43,096 nucleotides of DNA. It comes from a phage. A program made the position numbers and the translations under genes. The stretch lies in sequence record PZ445463.1, one strand, 5' to 3'. The notes beneath the pieces are model-generated. The model did not search any database, was not told the origin of the DNA, and saw only the letters and a program-made list of their open reading frames with translations. Positions 27,345 through 36,202 of this stretch are shown in pieces; position 1 is the first letter of the stretch; every line of letters starts with the position of its first letter.

Positions 27345-29525
27345 CTACTTGGCGTATCTGTACATTTCGCTACCTTCTGCTACAAGAGGGAACCCCTCCG
27401 CCCATTCCGGTAATTCACACATCAACCGCTCAAGCTCTGCAACATTGTATTCCGGTAAATCAGGTGTCTCGCAGATAATCTCATCGTGTACGTGAAGTAC
27501 AATCGGGTAGCCGTTTGCTTCTACGTTCAGCAGGGCATTAGCCAGCAAATCACGGCACAATGCCTGAGTGCAGTTTTCCACCAGTTTACCCGAGTAGGTG
27601 TACTGGAACCCCCACTGACGGGTTAGCTGATTTTCGCCCTGGTACTTAATGCGCACGTTAGTAGACACTTTTCCATCTTCGTCTGTTTCTTTCGACACGC
27701 TCAACCCGACGCCCGGATAAGACATAACGCGACCCGACGGCAACGTCATGCGCAACCACCAGCCGGCGACTTTGTTGCCGTTGTTGTCTGTCTCTACGTT
27801 GCGCGAAAACTTAACCCCCCTAGGCCCCGCGGTGAACTCTTTACCTGGATTGCGGATAGCGGCCATAGCTGCGTCTTCAATATCTCGCCAGAAAGCTACT
27901 GTTTCAGGGTGTGACTCTCGCCACATACGCTTGATAGCGTCACAGGTACGCCACACTTTCTTATCAAGAATATACGATGGTCGGTCATCCTTCTCCCCGG
28001 GTCGCGGCGGTCGCTTGGCTTCCTGAATACGTGCCCATTCATAGCCGCGTGCAGTAGCCGCCCAGATGTGGTCCGGGAAAGTACCGTCCATTGTTTTTGA
28101 CATATCAACAAGGTCAAGTCCGAGGTTCTTAGCAAACTGAACGAAAGCGCCAACACCACCAGCGTAGCCGAGGCCAAGCTCGCAGGCTTTACCAATCTGG
28201 CGCAAGTCTTTGCGTTCCTTCTTAATGTAATCCGGCTCCATGCCGAACATCTTACCCGCGGTTACACAGTAAATGTCCAGCCCGGCGCGGAACGTATCTA
28301 GCGCGGTTTCTTCGCCTGCCAGCCACGCAAGCCCCCGACCTTCAACGTTAGAGTAATCGGCGACGACAAACTTTTTTCCGGCTTCCGGGATAATGCAGCT
28401 ACGCACCGTCGATGCCGTTAGCTTAGCGACATCGAAACGGCGATGCGCGCGGCCCTTAAGTAACGCTGAAATACCTTTATCCAGTTCATCATCGTGATAG
28501 TACCCACGCGCGAGGTTCTGCGGCTGAAATCCTTTACCGGCAAATCGTAATGTACGCTTGGCTCCGCCGTACTGAATGCAACCACGACGGCGGTCGTCCG
28601 ACGAGCGCCCTAACAGCAGCGGGTTATATTTCGTTGACGCTGTGGACGCGGCCCCGAGGCGCATTTCGATAATCGTGCGTGCGTCGTCCGGTAAATCATC
28701 ATCCGCCAACAGGTCGTTAAGCGTAGACTTCTGCGCGTTGTGGATGCGGTGCGCTGGTGCAAGTTCACGCAGAATCGGCAGGAAGTCTTTACCAGTAAGC
28801 GAGCCGCCGTATTTGCGCTGTGCTTCTTCCTGTAGCTGGGCCTTGTGTTTTTCCACGGCTTCAATCGCGGCTTCCGCCAGCGTCACATCAACCTTAAACC
28901 CACGGTCGTTAATCAACTGGTCCAGTTCCAGTACACGGTCTTCGAACTCGGAGTTACCCCAACGCGGCAGCTTATGGAAGACTTCACGCATCGCAGTGAT
29001 GTCGCTCACGGCGTACCTGATGAACATCGCCCACTCGTCAGGGTGAGTTTCTGCGGTGTAGCGGCGGATTTTGTAGTTCTTCGGCGTCGGTTTAGAGAAA
29101 CGCTTAATCAGAGCCTTGCCGCGTTTATCTTTCGCGTTGTCTGCAGACACGCCCAGCACTTCGCACAGCGCATCAAGAGAACCCGGCAGCGCGTGACGGA
29201 ACGCCCAAATCATAGTATCAATGGTGTTACTTACCGGAATATCAAAGTCCCAGCAGTGTTTCATGATTAGGCGATCGAAAAGTCCACCGTTGTGCCACAC
29301 CATCTTGATGCGGCTGTTGGGCTTAACAAGGCGGCGCAGTGCGCGGTGTAAATCCCCCGGCATGTCGCTGCCGTCGGTGCAATCCCATACCCGCACAGGT
29401 TCGTCGTCAAAAGCATATGTACAGATAAGCACTTCGGTTGACGGGTGTTCGGCGTAAGCGTAAGAACCGACTTTCTTCAAATCGGCTTCTGAGAATGTTT
29501 CAAAGTCTAAGAACAGGTAACTCAT
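27345..29525 (-). CDS. Family A DNA polymerase with 3'-5' exonuclease domain
   Basis: Exo I LFLDFETFS; Pol motif A VVADYSNVEGRGLAWLAGE; motif C LHVHDEI. Confidence 0.85.
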   Translation of the reverse strand: MSYLFLDFETFSEADLKKVGSYAYAEHPSTEVLICTYAFDDEPVRVWDCTDGSDMPGDLHRALRRLVKPNSRIKMVWHNGGLFDRLIMKHCWDFDIPVSNTIDTMIWAFRHALPGSLDALCEVLGVSADNAKDKRGKALIKRFSKPTPKNYKIRRYTAETHPDEWAMFIRYAVSDITAMREVFHKLPRWGNSEFEDRVLELDQLINDRGFKVDVTLAEAAIEAVEKHKAQLQEEAQRKYGGSLTGKDFLPILRELAPAHRIHNAQKSTLNDLLADDDLPDDARTIIEMRLGAASTASTKYNPLLLGRSSDDRRRGCIQYGGAKRTLRFAGKGFQPQNLARGYYHDDELDKGISALLKGRAHRRFDVAKLTASTVRSCIIPEAGKKFVVADYSNVEGRGLAWLAGEETALDTFRAGLDIYCVTAGKMFGMEPDYIKKERKDLRQIGKACELGLGYAGGVGAFVQFAKNLGLDLVDMSKTMDGTFPDHIWAATARGYEWARIQEAKRPPRPGEKDDRPSYILDKKVWRTCDAIKRMWRESHPETVAFWRDIEDAAMAAIRNPGKEFTAGPRGVKFSRNVETDNNGNKVAGWWLRMTLPSGRVMSYPGVGLSVSKETDEDGKVSTNVRIKYQGENQLTRQWGFQYTYSGKLVENCTQALCRDLLANALLNVEANGYPIVLHVHDEIICETPDLPEYNVAELERLMCELPEWAEGFPLVAEGSEMYRYAK

Positions 29526-29544
29526 TATTTTTGACCCCTAGTAA

Positions 29545-29570
29545 AAAGGCCCAATGAAGGGCCTTAGTTA
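29545..29570 (-). terminator. Terminator between SSB-like and polymerase genes
   Basis: On - strand: aaggccc-ttcatt-gggcctt then tttttac. Confidence 0.5.
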
Positions 29571-29584
29571 AATTGATTCAGATA

Positions 29585-30211
29585 TTAGCGGCGGCGACGT
29601 TCGCGGCGCGGTGCTTCATCTTCTTCGTCGTCTTCCAGGTCATTGACGCTCGCAGCGACTTTAGAACCGCCGAACGCTTTGCCTTCGCCAACGTATTTAA
29701 TCGCCAGCAGGTTAACGCCGAGGACTTTGTATTTCTGGCTGAACCAGATTTCAACGCTTACGTTAGCTAAGCATCCGCTGTAAACCTGTTCACCTTCAAT
29801 CTGTTCGCCGTCTACGTTGAAGTCCTGCTCTACCTGAGTCTCACCTTTTTTAGAGGTTACAATCAGCGGCTGTTTCTGTGCCTTCGCTTTGAAGTAGAAG
29901 CCTTCCGGGAAGTCTTCAAACGGATTGTCGCGCTCGGCAATGTCTTTAATCGCGCATTTATCCATGTGCTTACCTTCACCGTAGTTGGACTTCATCCATT
30001 TCTCGGCAGCGGCTGCGCCTAACGCTTCTTCAACTACAGCGTAAACGGTGTCGTAGAGTGCATCGATTTGAGCATGGTCAGACGGCAGGATGATAGTCGC
30101 GCTGTACTGGCCTTTAGTGATTGAGCCATCATCGTTTTCACGGTCTTTTTCACGTTCAAATACGTTAACCCAAGCAGTGTTTACTTTACGCAGATTCAGT
30201 TTAATACCCAT
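29585..30211 (-). CDS. Putative ssDNA-binding protein (DUF2815-like by context)
   Basis: 208 aa ORF adjacent to polymerase with acidic/basic C-terminal tail DDLEDDEEDEAPRRERRRR; family assignment tentative. Confidence 0.4.
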   Translation of the reverse strand: MGIKLNLRKVNTAWVNVFEREKDRENDDGSITKGQYSATIILPSDHAQIDALYDTVYAVVEEALGAAAAEKWMKSNYGEGKHMDKCAIKDIAERDNPFEDFPEGFYFKAKAQKQPLIVTSKKGETQVEQDFNVDGEQIEGEQVYSGCLANVSVEIWFSQKYKVLGVNLLAIKYVGEGKAFGGSKVAASVNDLEDDEEDEAPRRERRRR

Positions 30212-30270
30212 CTTAATTTCTCGCTTTTAAGTTTCGTTTACTCCGGGAAGCTGCCCGGTCAGTGATTAGA

Positions 30271-30299
30271 ACTATAATAGCTAACTATTCAGGTGTCAA
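30271..30299 (-). promoter_or_regulatory. sigma70-like promoter TTGACA-N17-TATAGT with GAATAG-N4-CTATT in spacer
   Basis: -35 and operator half-site overlap the last codons (YLTPE-stop) of ORF 30285-30488; upstream of SSB-like gene. Confidence 0.45.
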
Positions 30300-30488
30300 A
30301 TAAAATTTCGCAATACGGACTATGTTCTCGAAATCATTCATATCAACGGGTTCGAATTCATCCTCCACATGGTTGTATCGCACCATCGTGCCGTTCAGGA
30401 ACGTAAACGATTCCGAATGGATATAACCGCCCCAGCGCCATATCATCACAAAATCTTTATCTGTGGGCATTTCATTTACTTGAATCAT
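30285..30488 (-). CDS. Hypothetical 67 aa protein
   Basis: ATGA-coupled to upstream nuclease; GGAGGA SD; its 3' end encodes promoter 30271-30299. Confidence 0.5.
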   Translation of the reverse strand: MIQVNEMPTDKDFVMIWRWGGYIHSESFTFLNGTMVRYNHVEDEFEPVDMNDFENIVRIAKFYLTPE

Positions 30489-31726
30489 TCCAAATCCTCC
30501 TCTGTTACCTGATTCCACTCAGGACGTTTGTCGTCTGCCGTTGCGACACATGGTGCGCCTGGCTTACGGGTAATGAAGTCTTTCAGTTCTTCTTCCGGTA
30601 TGACTTTAACAGCTTCGGTAGGTGACATGAGCACTTCTTTAGTCAGCTTGTCGCCGTAGAGTTCTGTTACTTTCTCCGCGTCTTTCCATGCACGATTACC
30701 CGGGCGGCCTTCAACCAACTTGTAACCATGAACTTTCTTACCTGAATGCAACGCGGCCGCCATAGCTTTCTCAACCTTGTCGATGTGCTGGCGCAACAGC
30801 GGCAACTTCTCATACTCAGCTACGAGTTGCTCCGGCGTCAGTTCCAGCACAAAGTCGTCTTCCAGTTCTTCCGCCAGTACAGAATTAACCGTCTTTGTAC
30901 GCGCAGCGCATTGTTCAGAGAACCGGCACCACTGACAACCATCTACCGATGGCTTGAAGTCCGACGCTTTCAGGTTCTTCTTGCCACGGAAATACGCATC
31001 AAGCGCTAACAGCGCGCGTTTCTGTGCGAACTTAGCGAACAGTTCCAGTCCTTCAACCGGGATGTCCCACTCTGTCGCGCCCCCAGCGTAAGGCTGGAAG
31101 ATGACCAGACGAACGGTTGTTATGTTATAACGTCTCTTGAGTCGACGATAAACACCGAGAGCGTAAAGCATAAGCTGCTTGTTTTCTTTCGCTTCGACGC
31201 GATGCCGCCCGGTTTTCAGGTCGCCGATAATGAGCATGTGCTCGTCGGTGTTTGCCAGTTCCTGGACAGCAACGAGGTCAGCGGTTCCGAACGTCTCAAC
31301 GCCTTCATACCCCGGATGCAATACCTCAGTAAGATTGACACGCATTTCCAGCTTGGCGTAAGTCGCTACGTCTATAATCGCTTTGCAGTAGTCGGTGTAC
31401 TTGCGCACCTGCTCAATCATGTCCGCCGTAATCAGTACCGCGCCTTTCATCGGGCTGATTAGCGCCTTAATCTGACCTTTGCCTTCATCCAGTACGTAAG
31501 CGCCGACTTCACGCTCCAACGGCAACGCAGTGCCGCGTATATAGGCGTTGAGATGGACCTCAGCTATGGTGTGCATGGCGGTCCCCGTAACGGCAGCTTT
31601 ACCTGACGTGTTAGGAATATCTTTTTCACAGGCCAGTGATGCACTGCACGTCAGCCACTTCTTAGCACCTGACGGCGACAATAAGGCGTGCACATCATTA
31701 TTGCCACCGCGTTCTTTTAGAATCAT
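30485..31726 (-). CDS. PD-(D/E)XK nuclease with Cas4-like cysteine cluster (DUF2800-like)
   Basis: N-terminal LTCSASLAC and C-terminal CQWCRFSEQC cysteines flank a nuclease core; start at ATG 31726 with GGGAGAA SD. Confidence 0.55.
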   Translation of the reverse strand: MILKERGGNNDVHALLSPSGAKKWLTCSASLACEKDIPNTSGKAAVTGTAMHTIAEVHLNAYIRGTALPLEREVGAYVLDEGKGQIKALISPMKGAVLITADMIEQVRKYTDYCKAIIDVATYAKLEMRVNLTEVLHPGYEGVETFGTADLVAVQELANTDEHMLIIGDLKTGRHRVEAKENKQLMLYALGVYRRLKRRYNITTVRLVIFQPYAGGATEWDIPVEGLELFAKFAQKRALLALDAYFRGKKNLKASDFKPSVDGCQWCRFSEQCAARTKTVNSVLAEELEDDFVLELTPEQLVAEYEKLPLLRQHIDKVEKAMAAALHSGKKVHGYKLVEGRPGNRAWKDAEKVTELYGDKLTKEVLMSPTEAVKVIPEEELKDFITRKPGAPCVATADDKRPEWNQVTEEDLE

Positions 31727-31995
31727 GCTCTGTTCTCCCACTGGTCAATTAAATGCCGTGTCTTGTGGTCGCAATGTAAGGCCCATCCATACATCGACTC
31801 GAAGACATAAAAGTCAGGCTTGGCGAAAGTTGTGCGCTTAATCTGTGACACGTGACGGCCTATATCTTTAGGCCGTGGTACTTTTCCTAAGTACGCCATC
31901 TCTTCCATCTGGTGCGCACCGGACGGAGCACGCAATAGCCATAGCGCCTCTGTGTTATCCCGCCTGTCGACGGCTCGGTAGAGTTGGTAAATCAT
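31723..31995 (-). CDS. Hypothetical 90 aa protein
   Basis: ORF coupled to downstream nuclease; UUCG-loop hairpin upstream at 32016-32031. Confidence 0.5.
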   Translation of the reverse strand: MIYQLYRAVDRRDNTEALWLLRAPSGAHQMEEMAYLGKVPRPKDIGRHVSQIKRTTFAKPDFYVFESMYGWALHCDHKTRHLIDQWENRA

Positions 31996-32015
31996 AATTC
32001 CGACCCTCAGTTAAA

Positions 32016-32031
32016 GCGGCCCGAAGGCCGC
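32016..32031 (-). other. UUCG-loop hairpin between acidic-protein gene and next ORF
   Basis: On - strand: gcggcc-ttcg-ggccgc. Confidence 0.35.
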
Positions 32032-32038
32032 GAGATAG

Positions 32039-32539
32039 TTATTCTTCTTCGAAATACTTGTTCTTGATTGCTGTCAGGCGTTCCAGGTATTCAGCCAGGT
32101 CTTCGTCTTTAATCGCTGCAATCTTCATTTTCTTACCTGTGAACTCTTCCAGCAGTTCATCAGAATCATCGCACGCGGCATCGCTCGGACCTTCGTTAAT
32201 TGCATCGTCGATAGCCTGAATCTGGTCGCGCAGAGACTTATAGTCTACTTCTTCTTTCTCTTCTTCCGGCTCTGGCGTCGTTTCCTCTACTTTAGCTTTA
32301 CGCGGCTTGCGTTTTGGCTTCTCTTCCTCCGCCGGTTTAGTGTCAACTACGTCTTCACCTTCAACCGGGATTTCTTTTGTTGCTTCTTCAGCGCACTCAG
32401 CTACCGCTTCTTTGGTGTACGATACCGTCTCTACTTCCAGCGGCGTGGCAACCTGAACAACTTGTTTCGCACTGTTCGCGGCAATCAGTTCGTGCGCAAC
32501 TACGAAACGTTCCAGTAATACTAAGAATTTCTCTAACAT
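32039..32539 (-). CDS. Highly acidic 166 aa protein (first gene of replication operon)
   Basis: Long Glu/Asp-rich stretches (PEPEEEKEEVDY, DDSDELLEEF); AGGAGAGA SD; downstream of promoter 32571-32599. Confidence 0.55.
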   Translation of the reverse strand: MLEKFLVLLERFVVAHELIAANSAKQVVQVATPLEVETVSYTKEAVAECAEEATKEIPVEGEDVVDTKPAEEEKPKRKPRKAKVEETTPEPEEEKEEVDYKSLRDQIQAIDDAINEGPSDAACDDSDELLEEFTGKKMKIAAIKDEDLAEYLERLTAIKNKYFEEE

Positions 32540-32570
32540 TTGTTTCTCTCCTCTCGTTTGGTATGGGCTA

Positions 32571-32599
32571 ACTATAATAGCGAACTATTCACATGTCAA
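32571..32599 (-). promoter_or_regulatory. sigma70-like promoter TTGACA-N17-TATAGT with GAATAG-N4-CTATT in spacer
   Basis: Upstream of acidic-protein gene; divergent from the XRE gene. Confidence 0.5.
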
Positions 32600-32615
32600 T
32601 GGGCTTTTCTAAAAT

Positions 32616-32633
32616 AATTAATATGGTACTATT
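32616..32633 (+). promoter_or_regulatory. Possible extended -10 promoter (TGgTACTAT) with degenerate AATAT-N4-CTATTC repeat, for XRE gene
   Basis: TG-n-TACTAT at 32624-32632; no good -35. Confidence 0.3.
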
Positions 32634-32663
32634 CACATATCAACTGACTAAGGAGTAATTGAC

Positions 32664-32879
32664 ATGCAACCATCTGAACTAGGCATCCGTGTAGAACAAC
32701 GCCGCAAAGAACTCGGCATCTCCCAGCGCCGTTTGGCGGCCCTGACCGGCGTTTCCCAGGGCGCGATTAACCAACTGGCACTTGGAGTAACTCAGGACGT
32801 CCGCCCGGCAACGCTGTTCAAACTGGCGGAAGTTCTGGAAGTAGACGCCAAGTGGCTGGCGTTAGGTGAAGGGGCTTAA
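32664..32879 (+). CDS. XRE-family helix-turn-helix transcriptional regulator (Cro/CI-like)
   Basis: HTH signature ISQRRLAALTGVSQGAINQLALG; AAGGAG SD; isolated + strand gene between two - strand operons; terminator overlapping stop. Confidence 0.75.
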   Translation: MQPSELGIRVEQRRKELGISQRRLAALTGVSQGAINQLALGVTQDVRPATLFKLAEVLEVDAKWLALGEGA

Positions 32880-32895
32880 AGCCCCTTTCTTTTTA
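32869..32895 (+). terminator. Terminator overlapping XRE stop codon
   Basis: aggggct-taa-agcccct then ttctttttac. Confidence 0.55.
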
Positions 32896-32896
32896 C

Positions 32897-35119
32897 CTAT
32901 TCCAAATCCTCCTCTGTCACCACCAGCATCTCATTTGGTTCGTATAGTGTCTTCGGCCTTAATCTATCCCCTATTCTTTCGGGTATACGATATGTTCTCG
33001 GTACTACTTCGCCGTTAGCATCGCAACCAAGCATTAGTTCTCCATCTTTCAACATTTTATCAAGATGGGTGTTAGTCACAGAGAAGTCACCGGAACGAGC
33101 CACTATCTGCTGCTGAGTAAAACCGCGACCTGTGTCATCTGACTGTTGCAGGTCTTCCAGTGCCGAAAGTATTGACTCCTTCCTTACTTCATCCCTGCCG
33201 CGTTTAACTTCTTCCTTTACTTTTTGCTTACCTTCTTTCGTCAACCCTTCTTCCCGCTCTTTCTCCTCGTCAGTTTTGAACGGCTCGAAACCCCACGGCA
33301 TCAACACAAGCGCCTTGTGTGGTTCAGGAAGGTCCAGGTTTACGATTGTGCCGTATTCTTCTGTGCCCCCCAGGAACTCAACCGCACGGTACTCTTTCGG
33401 CGGCGGAGCTTCGCGGAACTGCACAGACTCCAGCACCATGCCAACCGTTTTCTGTTGAGGACCGTGCTTAAATTTCGAGTGGTATACGTTTATTTGACGG
33501 TCGGTTGCACGTTCGATTGTCAGTTCCACGTCAACACCCGCATACAGCGCCCCACTGCCGCGTGCTTTCTTTCCACCCTTCGGCGTATGGTGGACAACGC
33601 CTACTGCGGCTTTAGTTGCATCGCGTACTTCTTTCAGAATGGCGATAACTTTACCCATGCCGATTGCTGTTGATGAACTGTTCTCGTCGAACTTATCAAT
33701 CGTCAGTGCCAGGGTCTGGTTAAGGGTGTCGAACGCAACCATGCCAATTGGCTCGTCGCCAGCAGTTTCGCGCATTAACTTAATCAGGCTTTTAAGTTTG
33801 CCGACTTCGCCCATATCGATGACGTGTACATAATCTTTACCTTCCCCGCCATATTTAGCCGCTAGTGCATCAATACGGGTGCGTGTAGCTGCGCCACCCT
33901 CACCATCAATATAGAAATGGTGGCAACGCTGGGTATCCGCCCCCGCAAACCTGTACCCGGCGGCGCTGAGGTACATCATCCCCAGCGTATAGAACGATTT
34001 GTACGTGCCAGATTCCCCGACGATATCCCAGATACAATCCGACGGCATGTACCCCTCAACGACGAAATCAGCCTTTACCGGCTCCGGTAACTCGTCCTCC
34101 TCTGAGTCCTCGTCGTCTTCCAGGTCGTCGAGGCTGCAAGTTACTGGGTCCTCGTTCTCTGTGCGGTGTAGTTCTTCAATCTCTTCTTCCGGTAAATCAG
34201 GCAGAGCCGCACGAATGCTGTTAATGCTGATAGGTTGCTTATCTATGTTAAGCTCGTCGGGTAGGCCACACATACGCAGGGCCAAATGCTGCCTACGGTT
34301 AAGCTCGGTGCAAGCGCCGTTGTTTGTATGCTGGCAGACAAAGCGCACTTCTTTACCGTCGAGCATTATGCTGGTGGAGCCCTTGCCTGTATGCAGATGT
34401 TCGTTAGGGCATGGCACTTCGTACCCGCGCCCGGAAGATAAAGCGTCAAGGCCAAGCTCGGCTTCGCAGAAGTGTGCTATATCCGCGTTAAGCCCATGCT
34501 CATCAGCGGCAAGTGTTTTAGCCTCACGCTTACGCAACCCCATCTCTTCGGCTTTCTTGATGTACCGCTCAGCACGGATAACACGCCCTTCTGTAACCGT
34601 TATCTTCGACTCTTTATGCGGCAGGTAGATAAGGCGGTTGCCGTCTTCTGTGCAGTGGTCGCGCAACGCTTCGTCTATTTCTAACTCTGCACAAATAGCA
34701 CGTTGCACCATCCACGCGTCGTTAGAGTTAAACGGCGTGCGAGCTGGAACCAGAACGCGGAAAGCGTAATCTCCATTTTTACATGCGTGCTGATGCGATG
34801 CCGTTGTGTGCAGAATATTGAAGAACGGCGCGTTCTTGAATTTGCGTGTCAGGTCGCGGTACTGAGTACGGTTGAGATGGTCGAAATCGAACTTAACCAC
34901 ACTGTCTTCCAGGATAGCGTTTTTACGGCGACCACCAACAGGCGCAATAGCTTTCTGTTTAATCTTGGCAGCGTCGTACTCTTCCTTAGTCCATGACGGG
35001 TCCACGGATAAACGCTTCGATGTATCGCAGACATACTCGACAAACTGCTCCAGCGGCATTTCACGCGCTACAGGGTTTTTATCGAATGTGTTACGCAGCG
35101 TTGCAAAAACAATATTCAT
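32897..35119 (-). CDS. Putative DNA primase/helicase-like replication protein
   Basis: 740 aa; P-loop-like GESGTYKSF in C-terminal half; acidic linker; assignment by size and context only. Confidence 0.45.
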   Translation of the reverse strand: MNIVFATLRNTFDKNPVAREMPLEQFVEYVCDTSKRLSVDPSWTKEEYDAAKIKQKAIAPVGGRRKNAILEDSVVKFDFDHLNRTQYRDLTRKFKNAPFFNILHTTASHQHACKNGDYAFRVLVPARTPFNSNDAWMVQRAICAELEIDEALRDHCTEDGNRLIYLPHKESKITVTEGRVIRAERYIKKAEEMGLRKREAKTLAADEHGLNADIAHFCEAELGLDALSSGRGYEVPCPNEHLHTGKGSTSIMLDGKEVRFVCQHTNNGACTELNRRQHLALRMCGLPDELNIDKQPISINSIRAALPDLPEEEIEELHRTENEDPVTCSLDDLEDDEDSEEDELPEPVKADFVVEGYMPSDCIWDIVGESGTYKSFYTLGMMYLSAAGYRFAGADTQRCHHFYIDGEGGAATRTRIDALAAKYGGEGKDYVHVIDMGEVGKLKSLIKLMRETAGDEPIGMVAFDTLNQTLALTIDKFDENSSSTAIGMGKVIAILKEVRDATKAAVGVVHHTPKGGKKARGSGALYAGVDVELTIERATDRQINVYHSKFKHGPQQKTVGMVLESVQFREAPPPKEYRAVEFLGGTEEYGTIVNLDLPEPHKALVLMPWGFEPFKTDEEKEREEGLTKEGKQKVKEEVKRGRDEVRKESILSALEDLQQSDDTGRGFTQQQIVARSGDFSVTNTHLDKMLKDGELMLGCDANGEVVPRTYRIPERIGDRLRPKTLYEPNEMLVVTEEDLE

Positions 35120-35244
35120 TTCTTTTTCTCCGCACGTTCTAAGGCTTCCTGCATACGGCGCATTGCGCGGTTCATCTTTACCGGCGCGAAGAAATCGGCG
35201 CCGTGTTTCTGTCGGCGCAGCTGTGGAACTATTAACTTCGTCAT
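35116..35244 (-). CDS. Small basic protein (42 aa)
   Basis: ATGA-coupled to primase start; AAGGA SD; unannotated in ORF track. Confidence 0.3.
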   Translation of the reverse strand: MTKLIVPQLRRQKHGADFFAPVKMNRAMRRMQEALERAEKKK

Positions 35245-35313
35245 TGTATAATCCTTGTGCTTACTTTGATGATTTGTGCTTTGGCCCCGACGTTCTTGCG
35301 TTGGGGTTTCTTT

Positions 35314-35604
35314 TTACCGTTTAGCCAACCCTTCCAGCAAATTTTTATACTCTTCAAAATATTCCTCGACCAAATCATCGCCGAAATAGAAGTCGATATA
35401 CTCGAGATTATCTCTTACGTTAAGCGATGCCGACATGGTGCTTAGTTGGCGTAAGCTAATTAGCTTCATTTCTGTTTCTACGCAGAAAGGCCGGTAGGTA
35501 TCAAGATGGCAAGAGATATTGAAGCATAAAGCGAACTCTCCGGCCACGGAGTGAACCATATACACTTCGTTTTCTGCTTTATTGTGGAAAATTACGCCTT
35601 TCAT
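35314..35604 (-). CDS. Hypothetical 96 aa protein
   Basis: ORF coupled to upstream HTH gene. Confidence 0.5.
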   Translation of the reverse strand: MKGVIFHNKAENEVYMVHSVAGEFALCFNISCHLDTYRPFCVETEMKLISLRQLSTMSASLNVRDNLEYIDFYFGDDLVEEYFEEYKNLLEGLAKR

Positions 35605-35786
35605 TTCACGTTCTCCTTAATCCATGCTTCGACTTTATTACGGTCAAATGTTCCCGGTAAACGGCGGCCCATAACCTTAATACAGCAGTCAGGGAATTTG
35701 CCGCTGCGCAACCAGTTATTAATGGTCTGACGTGTCACCCCGATACGCTCGGCTACCTCATTCTGTGTCATGTAATGTTGCATTTT
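35601..35786 (-). CDS. Small HTH DNA-binding protein (AlpA/excisionase-like fold)
   Basis: MTQNEVAERIGVTRQTINNWLRSGKFP; start at internal ATG 35786 with GGGGA SD; first gene after - strand promoter 35815-35843. Confidence 0.6.
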   Translation of the reverse strand, partial: KMQHYMTQNEVAERIGVTRQTINNWLRSGKFPDCCIKVMGRRLPGTFDRNKVEAWIKENVK

Positions 35787-35814
35787 TATATCCCCTGTTT
35801 GTTTAGTGAAACCG

Positions 35815-35843
35815 AGTATAGGATAGCGGGAATGTAAAAGCAA
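35815..35843 (-). promoter_or_regulatory. sigma70-like promoter TTGCTT-N17-TATACT (leftward, HTH/primase operon)
   Basis: Read on - strand; about 30 nt upstream of ATG 35786. Confidence 0.45.
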
Positions 35844-35880
35844 CCAATCCCTGCAATATTTAATCTTTACAAAAAAGTTA

Positions 35881-35910
35881 TTGAAAGTTCTTGACACATG
35901 TTTGTATAAT
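35881..35910 (+). promoter_or_regulatory. sigma70-like promoter TTGAAA-N18-TATAAT (rightward)
   Basis: Consensus -10 TATAAT at 35905-35910; back-to-back with the leftward promoter. Confidence 0.5.
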
Positions 35911-35936
35911 GGTTTTGGGACTTGTATATATTACGG

Positions 35937-35969
35937 AGTTGACGAACCCTCCCCGAGGGATTCGTCAAC
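35937..35969 (+). other. Strong hairpin gttgacgaa-ccctcc..gaggga-ttcgtcaac
   Basis: 9-bp perfect outer stem plus inner ccctc/gaggg pairing. Confidence 0.5.
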
Positions 35970-36109
35970 CCCTCCCAGACAGCTGAGATGCTTGCCTTGT
36001 GGTTTAAGGATAAGTGTATCTAAATCTCATTTAAAGAAGTAACCCGCTGAAATATCTACTGTTTCTTAATGTGCCGTAGATTCGCAACCGTAAAAATGTA
36101 ACGATTATT

Positions 36110-36137
36110 GGGCAGGCTTAGGGCCTGCCCTTTAGTT
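36110..36137 (+). terminator. Terminator ending the short non-coding unit
   Basis: gggcaggc-ttagg-gcctgccc then tttagtt. Confidence 0.5.
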
Positions 36138-36202
36138 ACCAAGTAATAAGAATAAAGGCACAACAGTTTCGAAAGAATCACAACGGCAACGTAACTATTC
36201 TC

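Larger units (their letters stand above)
35917..36137 (+). ncRNA. Candidate ~220-nt non-coding transcript or structured leader
   Basis: Bounded by promoter 35881-35910 and terminator 36110-36137; no ORF longer than about 11 codons; strong 5' hairpin at 35937-35969. Confidence 0.3.

Noticed and set aside
33132-34996. Several + strand ORFs (33132-33458, 33224-33673, 33999-34628, 34703-34996) inside the primase-like gene
   Set aside because: All are antisense to one continuous 740-aa ORF; Ser/Arg/Cys-rich translations and absent SD sequences indicate non-coding frames.
32664-35910. Lysogeny module (repressor plus integrase)
   Set aside because: XRE- and AlpA-like HTH genes are present but no integrase or recombinase-sized ORF with a tyrosine or serine recombinase signature was found anywhere; treated as lytic-cycle regulators.
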